A DNA stretch of 64,000 bases from Lama glama. Taxonomy: Eukaryota. Below the pieces are notes generated by a model. The model had not been told where the DNA came from. It did no database searches and saw nothing but the letters and a program-made list of their open reading frames with translations. A program made the translations under genes and the position numbers. Below are positions 39,495 through 53,045 of the stretch, in pieces. Within the stretch, counting starts at the first letter, position 1; each line of letters begins with the position of its first letter. The stretch spans positions 1,614,001 through 1,678,000 of the forward strand of contig CM052818.1 in NCBI GenBank assembly GCA_028534125.1, read 5' to 3'.

Positions 39495-42400
39495 TAATTA
39501 ATGCTCAGTAACTGTTAACTGCCATCCTCATTGTCAGTGTCGTCATCATCGATATCAGAAAGGGTTGTAAGCTGGAAGGAAACTTGTATTATAACCTCAG
39601 TTTGGCCACCAACTTGCAATATGGTCTTGGGAATTCATTAAACCTGTTTGGGCTTTGGGCTCCTCACTTATAAAATGAGATTGTTGGGCTAGATGATTTC
39701 TGAATTTCTATTTATTTCCAAGATATTAGGCTTTATCCTGGGAAGGAAGATTGTGTGGCTATTTTTATGTCTGTGGGGAGTTTTTATAAGAATCAACTGA
39801 AATAATGCATATGAAATACTTTACAGATCCTAGTACATACATACATATTTGTCAGTACCATTAAATATTAAATGCGTTTATTATAGTTTTCATTATAGTT
39901 ACATATGATAATATGTTCATTAGGGGTCTTAGAGTATATGGAGGCAGAAAACAGGTTTTGACTGATTGCCATCAGGGACTCTTATAACTTCAGTGACTAT
40001 TGGAGTAGGGTCTATAATTTTTTTCCTCAAAGAAACTTTCTATGTAATTCTTTAGGACAGGACTGTCTCAGGGTCTTTATGCTGTTTACTTTTGGATAAT
40101 ATTACTTTAGGAAGAAAGCAAGCTAGTAAAGACCTAAAGCACTTTAGTGTCTTGTAGAAATGTCTTTGTGGTTGTGGATAAAAATCAGAGTTGCCATGAT
40201 GAAACGTGTTAGTTAAGCAATCATGAATTTCAGAAGAGTCTAGAGTATGAATACATTTCTTTTGGAAACTTAGTTATCAGAACATGAGTACTGTTATCAT
40301 ACTGATATAAGAAATAGATTTAAAGAAGATAAGTTGGCTCTCATGAGAATTATTTAAATCTTAGAAATGTTAAATCATTGTAGAAAATGATAACATTTCA
40401 TACTATGAGATTCTTGTGAAAAGGTTTAAATTGACTTTCTTTCCAATTAAAGTATATATTTATATTTTATCCAAAAGATACTTTTCAAATTGCATCTTAA
40501 TTATCTTAATTGGTACCTCTTCAAGTCTCAAAAAGAGAGCCATCTTAAGAACATAAGGTTTGAAGAAAAAGTGGAGAAAGTTTGAGCCTAGTAAAATTTA
40601 AAAACTCATCTCCCTCGATTATATCAACGTAACAGATGCTGCTTTTGTTAGAGGGTATGTAATGCCTGAAGATGCAAATTTCCACTGGGTAGATGACTGA
40701 AGGACATTTTGTGTGTTTCAGTATCATTAATTTCATATCCCTTAGCTTCTATCCCCAGCCTTATCTTTCTGAATTATAATTTTAAACCAAGCTTTCCTTT
40801 TCTGTCCTTTTCCATCTGAGAAACATTAAGGTGAAAAGATTGATGACAGGCTTCGAGTTTGTATGCAGAAAAATAAACTTGCTTCCTATAATTTGCCATG
40901 CTCTGCACATGTGAAAATCTAAGGATAATTAGTTGTTATTGCTTTAATGTGATGGAGACAATAACTTGTTCTATGAGACAAACTCCATGGCTAATGAATT
41001 TTGTCTTTTGGTTGATTGACTGGTTAATGGAATCAGAAAAATATTTTATGTCTCTTCTTTACAAAAACGCTTTCATTCTCTACTGGAAATGTATAGGGAT
41101 TTGGGGAGCCAGTCTTTGTTAGAGCACATCATTCTTTATTCATTGTATCATTTGTTTTCTCCTTTTCAGTTTTGTTCTGTATTCTTCTTTCTAATTCTCA
41201 TTTTGATTCAGTACTTTGCCATGAAACTTACAAATTTGCAAAAGAGAATCATTAAGTTGGCAATTGTATATGTATATGTACACATACGTATAGTAGATCA
41301 GCAGTTCATTCATTCTCTGCTGTCCTTGTTTTCTCTGCAAGACCTGGAACACTGTAGATATTCTAAACAAGAAATCACATTTAAAACTCAAGTGCAGTGG
41401 GAATTTGTAGGAGGAAAATAGAAGGTATCATCTGGTATTTTCTCAGGCACACAGCTCTCAATCAACCTGTGCTTAAGCTTCGGCAGAAACATATGGATTG
41501 TATGACTTTGTCTCTCTCCCGCATCCCAGGCCCTTACCAGCTCTTTTTAAAAGCAGGATTGAGCTTGGATTCTCAGATCTGAAGTGGTGTGGGAAGAGCA
41601 CAGACTGCAGATATCTTCCTTCCATCAGAAATAGGCAGTACAAAGCCCTGCTTAGTTTGCTGTTGTCTTCCCACGCCTGCAAGTTTTGTCACGCTATGTG
41701 ATTATGATGTGCCTTTCTTAGCGATGGAAACCCCAAATGGAAGGCTTCTCTGCCATTAAAGAGCCCATGTCATTTCTCTTTGACTATGGACGATGGACCC
41801 TTGTACCCTCTGGAAGGGCTTTTCCCAGACATGGATCAGTGAGTAGTGCCCACTTAGCAGTCATTTTGGTTTATGGGCTGAAGTTCCTTGAATTCCAGGA
41901 GATAAGGCAGTCATTGTCTCTCTGAGTCCATTGCCAGACTCCCAGTCATTTGATAGTAGATGCTGCCAACCTGAGCAGCGAAGGAAGGCAGCCTGCTCTT
42001 CCTCACCATGGCTAAGATGCCATCCTTGTCATACAAATGGAGATGGATCATGCCGCTCTAACCTTGTTATACATCACTGTCAAACCCTGCTACTGCCTTC
42101 CAGAGATTGGCCAACAAAGTACTTTTTCTGGTAGCAAACGTTACCTTGGGTTGTTTGTGAGGCATATGAGTGCTGAGGGAGTACAAAGGACCTGCTACGT
42201 ATGAATATGAAGAATCAAAATCCCCAGTTTTAGCTGTTTCGGGTTTCATTTCTTATTTTTTCTCAACTTGGAGACCTTATACACTTTGGCAGTATCAGGG
42301 ACTAGAAAGATTAAGAAATACCATTTCAAGGAAGAAAAAGTTTAAAAATATATTGTTATTTTCCTGTTACTTAACCCTGGTCCCAGATTTGGTAAAACAG

Positions 42401-45384
42401 GTTTTCCTAACATTAAAGAAATATATCATAGCCATTTCTTAATCTCAGAGGCTTTTTACTATTTTTTATTAGAAACTTAAAAAAAAACAATTATTTAAAA
42501 TTTTTCATTAATCCTCATAATTTACTTGAAAACACCCAGGCGTATTTTCACGGAGAAATGAGCTCCCTGAAACAGCAGACTGTCTCCATCATTGCAAACC
42601 AGAGACTTTGCCTCACCGTTAGCCCCTGAGCAATGTATGGCCATCTCTCTCTGCTGTATCAGCTAGAAACAAACATCACCTCAGCCAAAAATGATGTCTT
42701 AGCACTGCGACCTGATTCCATCAAGCCATTTGCACCTCCCTTTTACTCACATAGGCCCAAATCCTAGTGTTTGTAGTAAGCCAGAATCTCCCAAGAATAT
42801 CTGATGCATTCACTGCTCTTGCTTGCCTGCAAGTGTTTACAGTGGGGCATTTTATACATTTTATATTTTCTTTGGCCTTTACTCCATATTTTTAGGGCCA
42901 AGGCAAGTAAACTATTTTAATTGGGCCATTTTATGGGGTGTAAACCAGGAAATCTTATTAATTGCCATGTCCACTTAAAAATAATTTCAATTGTTGAACA
43001 TTGACAGACTTCTATGCAGGCCTACAAAAATTCCTGTAACATTCTAACCCCCACCTACTGCCTTCAGGTGGAACAGCACCTTATACATGTCCAAAAAAAA
43101 AAAAGATTAAAATTCTAATTTTTAAAGATATTTTAAATGAAAAAATTTTATTCCTTTCCATTATTACCTGCTCTAGCATTTCAGCATTTAAGAGGTTTGA
43201 ATTCTGTTGTTTTAATTAAACCATCTATCTAGTCTACTTTTAGCATTACAAGTCATAAATATTTATCCTTCTTCTCCTCCCTGTTTTACATGTGTGTGTA
43301 CGAGAGACAGAGAGAGAGAGAGACAGAGACTGAGAGAGTGTAAACAGAGGGAGAGCCAAAATCCCCTTAGCATTCCCAATTTCATATTTCTAGGATTGTA
43401 GTTTAGAAAATGTAAGGAAAATATTATTGCCAACACTTCCATTTAGAAAAGCTGAAGTTTTCAGACACTAGTGAGTCAATGTACAGAATTTTACGAGTCT
43501 TACCTATAGTGTTCTATAATGGTGGTTGATCTATATTTTACTTCTATTTTCTACTCCTTTCCTGGGAGGTAAAGGTGGTATGGTAGAGTCACTGGTGGGA
43601 TAATATACATTGGATGGGTAAATTGAAGCCTGTGTCTTTGTTGAATCACTAAGTAGCTGTGAATTTGGACAACACACTTAATCACTTTCAAAATCTTTTT
43701 CACTCATATCCAGTTGGACTAAATGGCTAAGACTTAACCATTTAAGTGAGATGAAATGGGCTGGGAAGGGTGTTCTGACAAAGGCACGTATTTGTATAAA
43801 TTCTGGGAGGAAATAAAGAACATGACATATTCATAATGAATGGTGAATAGGGTGAAATGAAGTGGAGAAGCCAGAAGGAAAAGATGGAGATACAATCATT
43901 GTTCGTGGAGCCAAAGCAGATTTTAGAGCAAATATTTTTAGTGGAAGTAGGGTGGTAGACCAGGTTGCAGAAGGTTGAGGACTGAATGGAAGATAAAGAA
44001 GCTGAATCAGCGCTTGTAAACAGCTCTTTTCAGAAATTGTCATTGAAAGAGAGAAAAGAAAGGGTTGTTTCTTTCATTGCCTCTGAGAGTCTCAGTGGTT
44101 ATTTTTCTTTGTTGCCATTGTTATGACTATGATTGGGACTGTTTAATTGTAAATAATACCAAATATTTTACATGAGGTAACCAAGAATAAAAGAAAAACA
44201 ATTCTTACTTTATTTCCTTTGTAGGTATCAGTAAAATTTGTCTAATCTTTCTCTTCTTTCTTTCTCTGCCGTGTCTTCCTGAATGACGCACCTTTCCAAA
44301 GAAATTCAGGTCTCCTCAGTTTTTCACCAAATCCCAGCAGTCCGATGGCTTAAGGCCTGCCCTTCCCCTCTGACTCACAAGAATCTCTTTGTCAACTGTC
44401 TGCCTGTCAACAGATAGAAACAAGGTGTAGCATCAGCTCCTGCCCAGGCAATTAACCAGGGAGAAGAATGAGGTTCTCTACTCTTCTGTAGAAAAGCATT
44501 TTTGAGGGCTTTTAAACACTTTAAAGACAGCATTTTAAAGACAGGAGTGCTTTAATACTTGAGATGCTCATTTATCTTCTATACTTCCAAGCAATTAAGA
44601 TATTCCTTTAAAAACACCAGTTTATCATGGAAAGAAGTTGCTTATGTACCTTAAGAAACAATTATTTTCATTTCCTTTTTCTCCAACTAACCTAAATTCT
44701 CTTAAAACGCTAAGCTCTCCCTCTCTTACCAGTGCCTAATGCTTTCTCTAGAGTTCCTGTTGTGTCTGAAGTCAATTCCTTGACCTAATAACTACCAGTT
44801 TAAGGTCTCAGGATTCACCGACAGGGGTTCTCTCCTTCTCCTTCTTTGTTTTTGTTTGTTTGTTTGTTTGTTTTAGGGGGGAAAAAAAGAAAAGGAAAAA
44901 CACAACTCAAACTGAACTCTTCGTGGCAAGGTTTATATTCTGTAGTAAGATGAATCCTAAATTTAGATCTTGACCTCTGAAGATAAATTCGTTAGTCTGT
45001 ATAAGCATAATGGCAGACCAGTGTTTATGTTCATATTGCTCTAATGCAAACATTTAACATGGATATTGGATCATTGTTTTAACACTCTACATTAAAATTC
45101 CATTTTGAGGGGGAAAATTCCCAGCTACTGCTAGAACAATTACATGAAGCAAAGAAGCAAACTAGAAAATGCAGGAAATGTTAACTTTTTATTTTGCGAG
45201 ATTAAAATTATTCTCTCATAATGAAGACTTGCTTGAATTTAATATCTTTAAATTTTTGATTCATTGAAGAAGTGGCCAGAAAACTGCTTGTTATTATTCT
45301 GTTGTATTCAGTTCTAGTAATTTTCACATTGATTATGCTGGGACATATGTGGCTGTAACCTAGATATAAAAATGGACCCAGTAT

Positions 45385-46205
45385 CAAGTTGGGTTGCACT
45401 TAATCCAGATTGGATCTTGTGTTCCAACAGCAATTCTCCAGCACCAACTGGGTGTTCTGCAGTTTGGTCCAGTTCTGGCACTGAACTACCTGGAGTTAGT
45501 GCAGACTCCACAAATTAAGGGGTCAGTCCCACAAGACTGACCCTCTTCAGACATCAGCCACGAGTCTCAGATATCCTTAAGCTACTCACACTTCTTCCTA
45601 GCTGACTACAGATTTGGGGCTTTCCATGCCCCCTTTAGGCTCAGTAATTCACTAGAAAAACACAGAACTCATTGAAAATGCTGTACTTAGACTACAGTGT
45701 TATTATAAAGGCTATAACTCAGGAACAGCCAAATGGAAGAGATGCATAGGACAGGATCCTGAGATGGAGGGGGGCAGAACAGAGTTTCCATGTCCTCTCC
45801 TTATGGAATCCAGGCCTGACAACCTCCCAGCACATCAGCATGTTCACCAATCAGGAAGATCCACTGAGCTTGTGTCCAGAGTGTTTATATGAGATTTCAT
45901 TACACAGGCATGATTGAATAAATAATTGGCCGCATGATTGAAACCAGTCTCCATCCCCCTCCTCCCTCGGGAGATTGGGGGTGGGTCCAAAAGTTTCAAC
46001 CCTCTAGTCACAGGCTTCGTCTTTCTGGCTTGTTCAGCTCCTCCCTTAAAACTATCTAAGAGCCCACAAGAGTCATCTTCTTAGCCTAAACTTAGGTATC
46101 GTCAAAAGGACCTCATTGTGAATTGCTCAGGAACTTTCAAGGGTATTTGAAACTCTATGCCAAGAGCTGGGAGCAAAGACCAGATATATTCTTTATTATA
46201 TAATA
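45385..46205. mobile_element. MER21-like LTR
   Basis: ctacctggagttagtgcagactccaca, cagtcccacaagactg, aactcaggaacagccaaatggaagagatgcatagg and caaagaccagatatatt motifs. Confidence 0.75.
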
Positions 46206-46652
46206 AACCTCAAGACATATTTGATTCAGTCCCAGCTTTAAGCAAGTGAAAAATATTACCTTCATTTTATAGAGGAAACATCTGGCACTAAAACTTATAT
46301 GATTGGCCCAAGGTCAAATAAGTAAATTCTAGAAAAGATTGGAATCCCAGTTACCTTAGCTAATGATGTATCTGTTTTCTGTGGATATCAATCAACTTAG
46401 ACTGTGAAACTCAGTTTTCCTAGCAAATTGTGAGACTTCCTCGAAATGAATACCAAAGAAACATTATCTACTTTTAGTTTAGAAAAAAATTATAATTAAC
46501 TGTTTAAAAAAATCCCATGTGGAACCTACCTTAATCATTTGTCTAACTTCCAGCATTTTTCATAGCTTAGTATAACGTACTTCCACCCTCTTCAAGAGCC
46601 CTGATAGTGTGTCTTGATACTTTTCCTTTTAATGAGTCAGCATTTATTTTAT

Positions 46653-47430
46653 TAAAAAAAAATTTTTTATTGAAGTATAGTCAACTACAATGTGTCAGTT
46701 TCTGGTATACAGCTTAATGTCCCAGTCATCCATATACATACATATATTTGTTTTCAGATCTTTTTCATTAAAGGTTATTACAATATATTGAATATAGTTC
46801 CCTGCACTATACAGAAGAAATTTGGTTTTTATCTGTTTTTATATATAGTGGTTACCCTTTGCAAATCTCAAACTCCAAAATATCCCTTTCCACCTCCTTT
46901 CCCCTAGTAACCATAAAATTGTTTATTATGTCTGCGAGTTTATTTCTGTTTTGCAAATGAGTTCATTAGTGTCCTCTTTTTTCTTTTTTCTTTCTTAGAT
47001 TCCACATATGAGTGATATCATATGGTATTTTTCTTTCTCTTTCTGGCTTACTTCACTTAGAATGATGATCTCCAGTCCATCCATGTGACTGCAAATGGCA
47101 TTATTTATTCTTTTTTATGGCTGAGTAGTACTCCACTGTGTAAATATACCACAACCTCTTTATCCAGTCATCTGTCGATGGACATTTAGGTTGCTTCCAG
47201 TCTTGGCTATTATGTAAATAGTGCTGCTGTGAAAATTGGGGTGAATGTATCTTTTTGAATTAGAGTTCCCTCCAGCTATATGCCCAGGAGTGGGATTGTT
47301 GGATCATACATAGTAAGACTGTTTTTAGTTTTTGGAGGAATCTCCATACTGTTTTCCATAATGGCTGCACCAAACTCCATTCCCACCAGCAGTGTAGGCA
47401 GGTTCCCTTTTCTCACACCCTCTCCAGCAT
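46653..47430 (-). mobile_element. 5'-truncated lineage-specific L1
   Basis: 3' UTR plus ORF2 C-terminal sequence; 15-bp TSD cagcatttattttat (46638-46652 / 47425-47439). Confidence 0.9.
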
Positions 47431-47989
47431 TTATTTTATATTGTACACTTATAAAACATTTCACAGTTATACATCAGGATTGTTACTGTCATCATTCTCT
47501 GGGGAAACTCAGCCAGACAGCTTTGTCCAAAACCATATGCTACTCAGCTATCATTATTTTTTTTTAAAAAAATTATACCCTAATGCTTTCCAAAAGTGAT
47601 TTGAGACTATCTTCAACAGAGTAAGTTGAAAAAAAATCAGTAAATTAGACATAAGAAGAGACAGAAGATGAAGAGAAGAAAGGTAAGAATACTAGCATAA
47701 GAATTAATAGAGAGGTAATATAAAAATTTACTGACAGGCATGGTGAGGAATATACAAAATATATAAGTCTCTCAGAGGGTGACAACATATTTTTAAAATG
47801 TGAGCTGAATAGAAGCCATTGTGTCATCTCAGGGACATTTGCTTCAATCCTAATTTCATAGCCAATATAAAAATAGAAGTCATATTGCTGTGAATTTGGA
47901 GAGTGCTCCTTCCTTGTCATTTCAAAGTCTGAAATCATTCCTTGCACCTTTCATTTTAGTTTTCATTCTTTACAGTCAGCATCATCTAA

Positions 47990-48270
47990 AACTGTGCTGT
48001 CCAGTGGCTATGAGAGCCCTTGAAATGCAGCTCAGAAATGAGTTGTGCTGTGAGTGTAAAATACATACTGGATTTTGAAAAAAAAAAACCTCATGAATAA
48101 TTTTTAGAATATTAATTTTATGTTGAAATGAGAATATTTTAGATATATTGGGTCAAGCAGGACATATTATTATTAATTTTAAAATTAACTTTTCTTGGGT
48201 TTTTTTTTGATATGTCTACTAAAAATCCTAAAATTACACATGTGGCTCACATTTCTGTTTGGACAGTGCT
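47990..48270. mobile_element. MER3/MER33-like hAT-Charlie element
   Basis: TIR-like ends tgctgtcca...tggacagtg; internal gtgtaaaatacatactggatttt. Confidence 0.7.
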
Positions 48271-49571
48271 TTTCTAGAGAACTGATTTTCACTGTTATGT
48301 TAAATGCCGTACAGAATTCTTCTCAATGTAAAATTCCAGAGGGCCATAGCTCCGACTGTATATTCATACAACAGGGTAATCAGTGCTGAACAAACACATG
48401 GATAAGATTAAGTCCTTAAAAGCATAGTAAAAATATCAAGGATATAAAGTTACTAGTTCAGAGCACCAGTCTTTTTCTTCTCTCAGGAAACCCACCCCTT
48501 TCATGGCAGATGGGCAGCTTTCTTAGAGATGATGAACAGAAGCACTGCTGATTGCTAATTGGGAGAGGCTTCTTTTCGCCGTAGTTTTGTTAGATCTATT
48601 ATGAAATTGGCCCCTCTTTTGCAAAATTATGAAACATTTGGGAACTTCAGAGGAAAAGTCTGACTTGACACAGGTCTATATATTTTTACAATTTTATTGT
48701 GGAAAAGATATTTAATATCTATATAAAGGACATGTGAAGTGAATTTTTACTTTTAGACATTCTAGGGTGGGGGATGCATGTTGAAATAATAGAAAGACAG
48801 ATTTAGAGGGACTAGGTTCTAAGTGGTTCACTGATTTAGCTTTTTTTTGGCCTTAATTTTTTCATCTGTAGAAGTCCTCAGTAATTACTCCTTTCAGGTT
48901 TAGGATTTGAGGTTGTAGACTCAAGTCCTAGGACATCTTGTGTTATTTTCTGGTGATTATTTTTCTGTGGAACATTAAGGGAAAGTTCAGTGCCATGTGG
49001 CATGGCACTGTTCTGCCACTTACTAGGGCCTTGACTTGCCTTAACCCTTCATCCTCTGCAATGCAAAAGACACTCTGTTTACTCTAGTGACTACAGCCAA
49101 AGTATTCTTATCCATCATCTAGAATGTTATTTTCTTAAACAAAGAACAGCATTTTATTTGTATAAAGGCACCCAGTGGCCTCCTGGACTCCATGACATGG
49201 TAGGAACTTATACTTTAAAATCTTGAATAGAATGGTTTTCTAGTTTTCGTTGCTAGATTCAGCCAACTCATTTCATTAAGCTGTTTATGGGTTCTTCTTA
49301 CATGTTAGCTATGTTAAGCAAGAAATAGAAGTTTCTCCTCTTTTCTAGGTTTATTCCACATAAGACAACTTCTCTCTCCAGAGGAATGTGTGCTGTCATT
49401 GACATCAGTCACTGCCTGCACCTGAACTCTCATTTCCTCTCCGGTACAGTGTAAGGGACAGCCACATAGAGATTCATTGGTCTGTTTACTCAGCAGCAGC
49501 ATGAAAGTTCTTTCGTGCTCATGACCAATTCCAAACTTAAAAGGGATTCATTCCTTATTAATTAAAAAGCG

Positions 49572-49593
49572 ATTGACAGATGACTGGATCAAG

Positions 49594-49656
<63 letters not shown>

Positions 49657-50005
49657 GGAATACTACTCAGCAATAAAAAAGAATAAAATAATGCCATTTG
49701 CAGCCGCATGGATGGATCTGGACATCATATTTCTAAGTGAAGTAAGCCAGAAAGAGAAAGAAAAATACTATATGATATCACTCACATGTGGAATCTAAAA
49801 AAAAAGAAAAGAAAAAAGAGGACACTAATGAACTCATCTACAAAACAGAGACAGACTCTCAGACATAGTAAACAATCTTATGGTAACTGGGGAAAAGGGG
49901 TGGGAGGGGATAAATTCTGGAGTTTGAGATTTGCAAACATTAACCACTATATGTAAAAATAGATACAAAATAAATTTCTTCTGTAAAAAAAATAAAATAA
50001 AAAAG
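49572..50005 (+). mobile_element. 5'-truncated lineage-specific L1 3' end containing (TG)29
   Basis: LEYYSAIKKNKIMPFAAAWMDLDIIFLSEVSQKEK; 3' UTR and A tail; (TG)29 at 49597-49654. Confidence 0.9.
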
Positions 50006-51174
50006 CCACGTCTGCCTGTCCTAGTTTTCAGTTGTCTTTCAGAGCAAAAGGAACTGGGAGAATTCAACTTGGAGAATTAAACTTTGAAATTAATTTATGA
50101 GTGTCTTTGATCTAGCGGTCTGGCATTTTCTATTAGACTTTATTATTATCAGTTTTAGTCAAATTTCTGTTACAGAAACTCTGGGAATAAGTTAGTTAAA
50201 CTGTTCCTCCACCCTTCTTGGATTCAGAGATCTAGTGATCTCCTTTACTTGTTTAAAATATGTAACAGTAAAGAATAATTTACACTGCAGAGTTGTGCCC
50301 TAGATAATTAAAGGTAACTTTTTTTTTTAATCACATGTCCATACAAGCACACTTATACAAGGATAGTCAGTTGAATCTCTAAGGAGCCTTTCCCTCCCAC
50401 CACTCCCCTGTCCCTTCTCTGTCTCCTTGATAGCTCTCTCCTTGGTACTAGGCCCTTATGTTCTGGCCGACCTTTCTCTGACCAGCAGGGCCTTGAGTGG
50501 AGTCCCTGTGGAGTCCGTCAGCTCTTCCCTGTAATTAGCTTGGTGGAGTCACTGTGAAGTGATGCAAGAAGGCTTCAGCTTCCCCAGAGCCACACTTCAT
50601 AGTCTAGCACACTCCTTATCTGTTGCTCCAGGGACCAAGATACCAGGAAACCATTATGTTAATACAGCAACAGCAGCTCTTATTTTTTCAATCTCACAAA
50701 AACCACATGTGACCTGGCAACATACTCTGGGCTCCAGAGTACTGAGTTTTCTTTCTCACCTGACATTTTGGCCAGAACCAAACCCCTCATCCATTCAGGA
50801 AGGCTGGTGATGCTATCTTGTCCATTGTCTGACCTGGAACTTCACTGACCTGGAACTTCCCTGGGAGCAACAGTATATGATTGGAACCTCTGGTTAAAAT
50901 TTTGCCTACTGCCTTTTCAGCTTGCTCTTATTTGAACCAATTAACTTTTCCTCCAACAATGGCTATTTTATTACCAGATATTGTGCTAGTTTTGCTTTAC
51001 TGAAATAAATTTTACCTTGCTCATCTATCTTCCTTTGAAAATAATTCTTGTTCTATGGACAGTTTGCAAAGATTTAGAAGAATTAGTATTATATTCTGAA
51101 TCTTCCTGCAACTTGGTTTTGATAAATTCTGAAAGGTCTTGTCTAGATATACAGATTACAGACCAAGGCAGTTT

Positions 51175-51640
51175 TTTTGTTTTTTTTTTTTTTTTTTTTG
51201 AGAGTTATGTTGTATTCAGTGACCTTACTGAGGACTGTAGCTCAGGAGATAGCCTCTCAGACAGCTCTGAGGAACTGTTCCAAAGAGGTAAGGGAGGAGC
51301 CAGGATATGTAGAAATTTTTGCTGAAAAAAGACATGAAGTTGAACATCAAAAAATTAGTGCTGATCACAAAAACACAGACATCTCAAATTCATGCTTTTA
51401 ATGCTTTTCTATATATGGGAAGACTGCAAGAATCTAGGCTCATAGAAGTTATTCCTTTATATGCAGTTTAACTGTCTAGGACCAGAATTCTGTTTTTCTT
51501 CATCCTGAAATCCCCTGCACTGTCTAGGGCAGCTGCAATGGCTGGTGGCTTGATGGTGGGCAACATTCATTGTTTACCAGAATACCAGGCAACATTCTTA
51601 TTTACCATAATGACAGGTAATTTTTTTTTTTTGGTCCACA
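51175..51640. mobile_element. ERV1-class LTR-like element
   Basis: ctctcagacagctctgaggaactgttccaaagaggtaagggaggagccaggatat resembles laurasiatherian ERV1 LTRs; ends near ...ggtccaca. Confidence 0.6.
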
Positions 51641-52902
51641 TCAGTGTTAAAACTTCAAAGTCCTATATCCCTGGAACCCTACATGCAAGTAGGGCCCCCC
51701 CCCAAAAAAAAGACAACTGAATAAGTCAGGGTCTTCCAGGTCCTCACTAACCAGCTTCATATATAACCTCTTAATGTTTAACCTTTCTGAGTTTAACTCA
51801 CTTCCCTCTGCTCTCTCTCAGGGCCTTTATTGTGAAAAACTAGACTACTTTTCTTCTGGTTGTAAGGCAGTCATTTTGACTTCTCAAAGTCCCTTCTGAC
51901 CATTTTATTCTAATTAGGATTCGATGTTCTTTATAAAATGCGTATTTTGCTTTCCTCGGCCAAATGTGAATGTACCAGACAATTTTAAACTTTATTTAAA
52001 CATTTTTCCTCCCCGCTCTGAGTGACAGTTAATTTTAAGATCAGCCTTCAAGAAGTCTAGAGAGCATTTTGAAATTAGTGGAAGCTCTCCTTTTTTCTAA
52101 TTTGGTCATTTTGTTTCATTATAATGTGAAGAGTGTTAGATATGTGAACCTACAGGAGATTTTTGAGAAATTAATATTGCTTTAAAAACAATTGCCACAC
52201 GTCATAAGTTTAAGTGTGTATGAGAATGTGAAGGAATGCTCGATATTTAAATAAAGGTGTTTTGGGTGATTTTCTTTCCCTGCTTGGACCTTCACTTAAC
52301 AATATGCTTTCTTTCCTGTAACTTTTTATACCTCCTTTTTATTATTTTGTCAGTGAAAATCTTTCTTTCATTAAAAGATTTTTCACATTTGCAAATTCGA
52401 TCTTGGAGTCAGGCCCTGATACCAGCTTCAACCCTGGAGAGTCCGTACTGTGACTGGACAAGGGCAGGGAGGAGCTGCTGAGGAGGGCAGAGCTCTCCAA
52501 AGGATGACTCGATGCTGGTCAGGGACACTACTAACCTGGAGGAGGAAGCTTTCTGGTCAGAAAGCTCGTTGGAACCTTGACTCCGTCCCCAAGTGTCACA
52601 GGATGGTCAAAGATAGGGTTTGGTTCTGTGTTAAGTGGAACAAGCCCCCTGATATGCTTGTGAGGCTGGGGCCACCCTGCAGAGCTCCAGCCTGGGGAAA
52701 TTTTGACACTGGCTTAATTCCCTTAGAGACTAAAAGCCTACTACAGATCTTGGAATCCTGAGATAAGTCCAGAAAGAGACTTTTCCATTGTGCCCCATGT
52801 GTCTGTTGGTTCCACTTGGTCATTAGTGCATACATGTACTCCTCTTTTTATGATATCAAAAGAAAGAAAGTTTTTATTCCTGATTCTAAAGAAAAGCTTC
52901 TT

Positions 52903-53045
52903 TTTCGTTTGTTTTTGGGGGGTTTCTTGTGGGGGAAATAATTAGGTTTACTTATGTATTTATTTTTAATGGCGGTGCTAGGGATTGAACCCATGACTTC
53001 ATGCATGCTAAGCATGCGCTCTACCACTAAGCTACACCGTCCCCA
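52903..53045 (-). mobile_element. tRNA(Ala)-derived SINE (Vic-1-like)
   Basis: Homologous to the other two copies; perfect 17-bp TSD ctaaagaaaagcttctt (52886-52902 / 53046-53062). Confidence 0.9.

Noticed and set aside
50829..50860. 16-bp tandem duplication ctgacctggaacttc(a/c)
   Set aside because: A two-copy local duplication with no array structure; not CRISPR-like.
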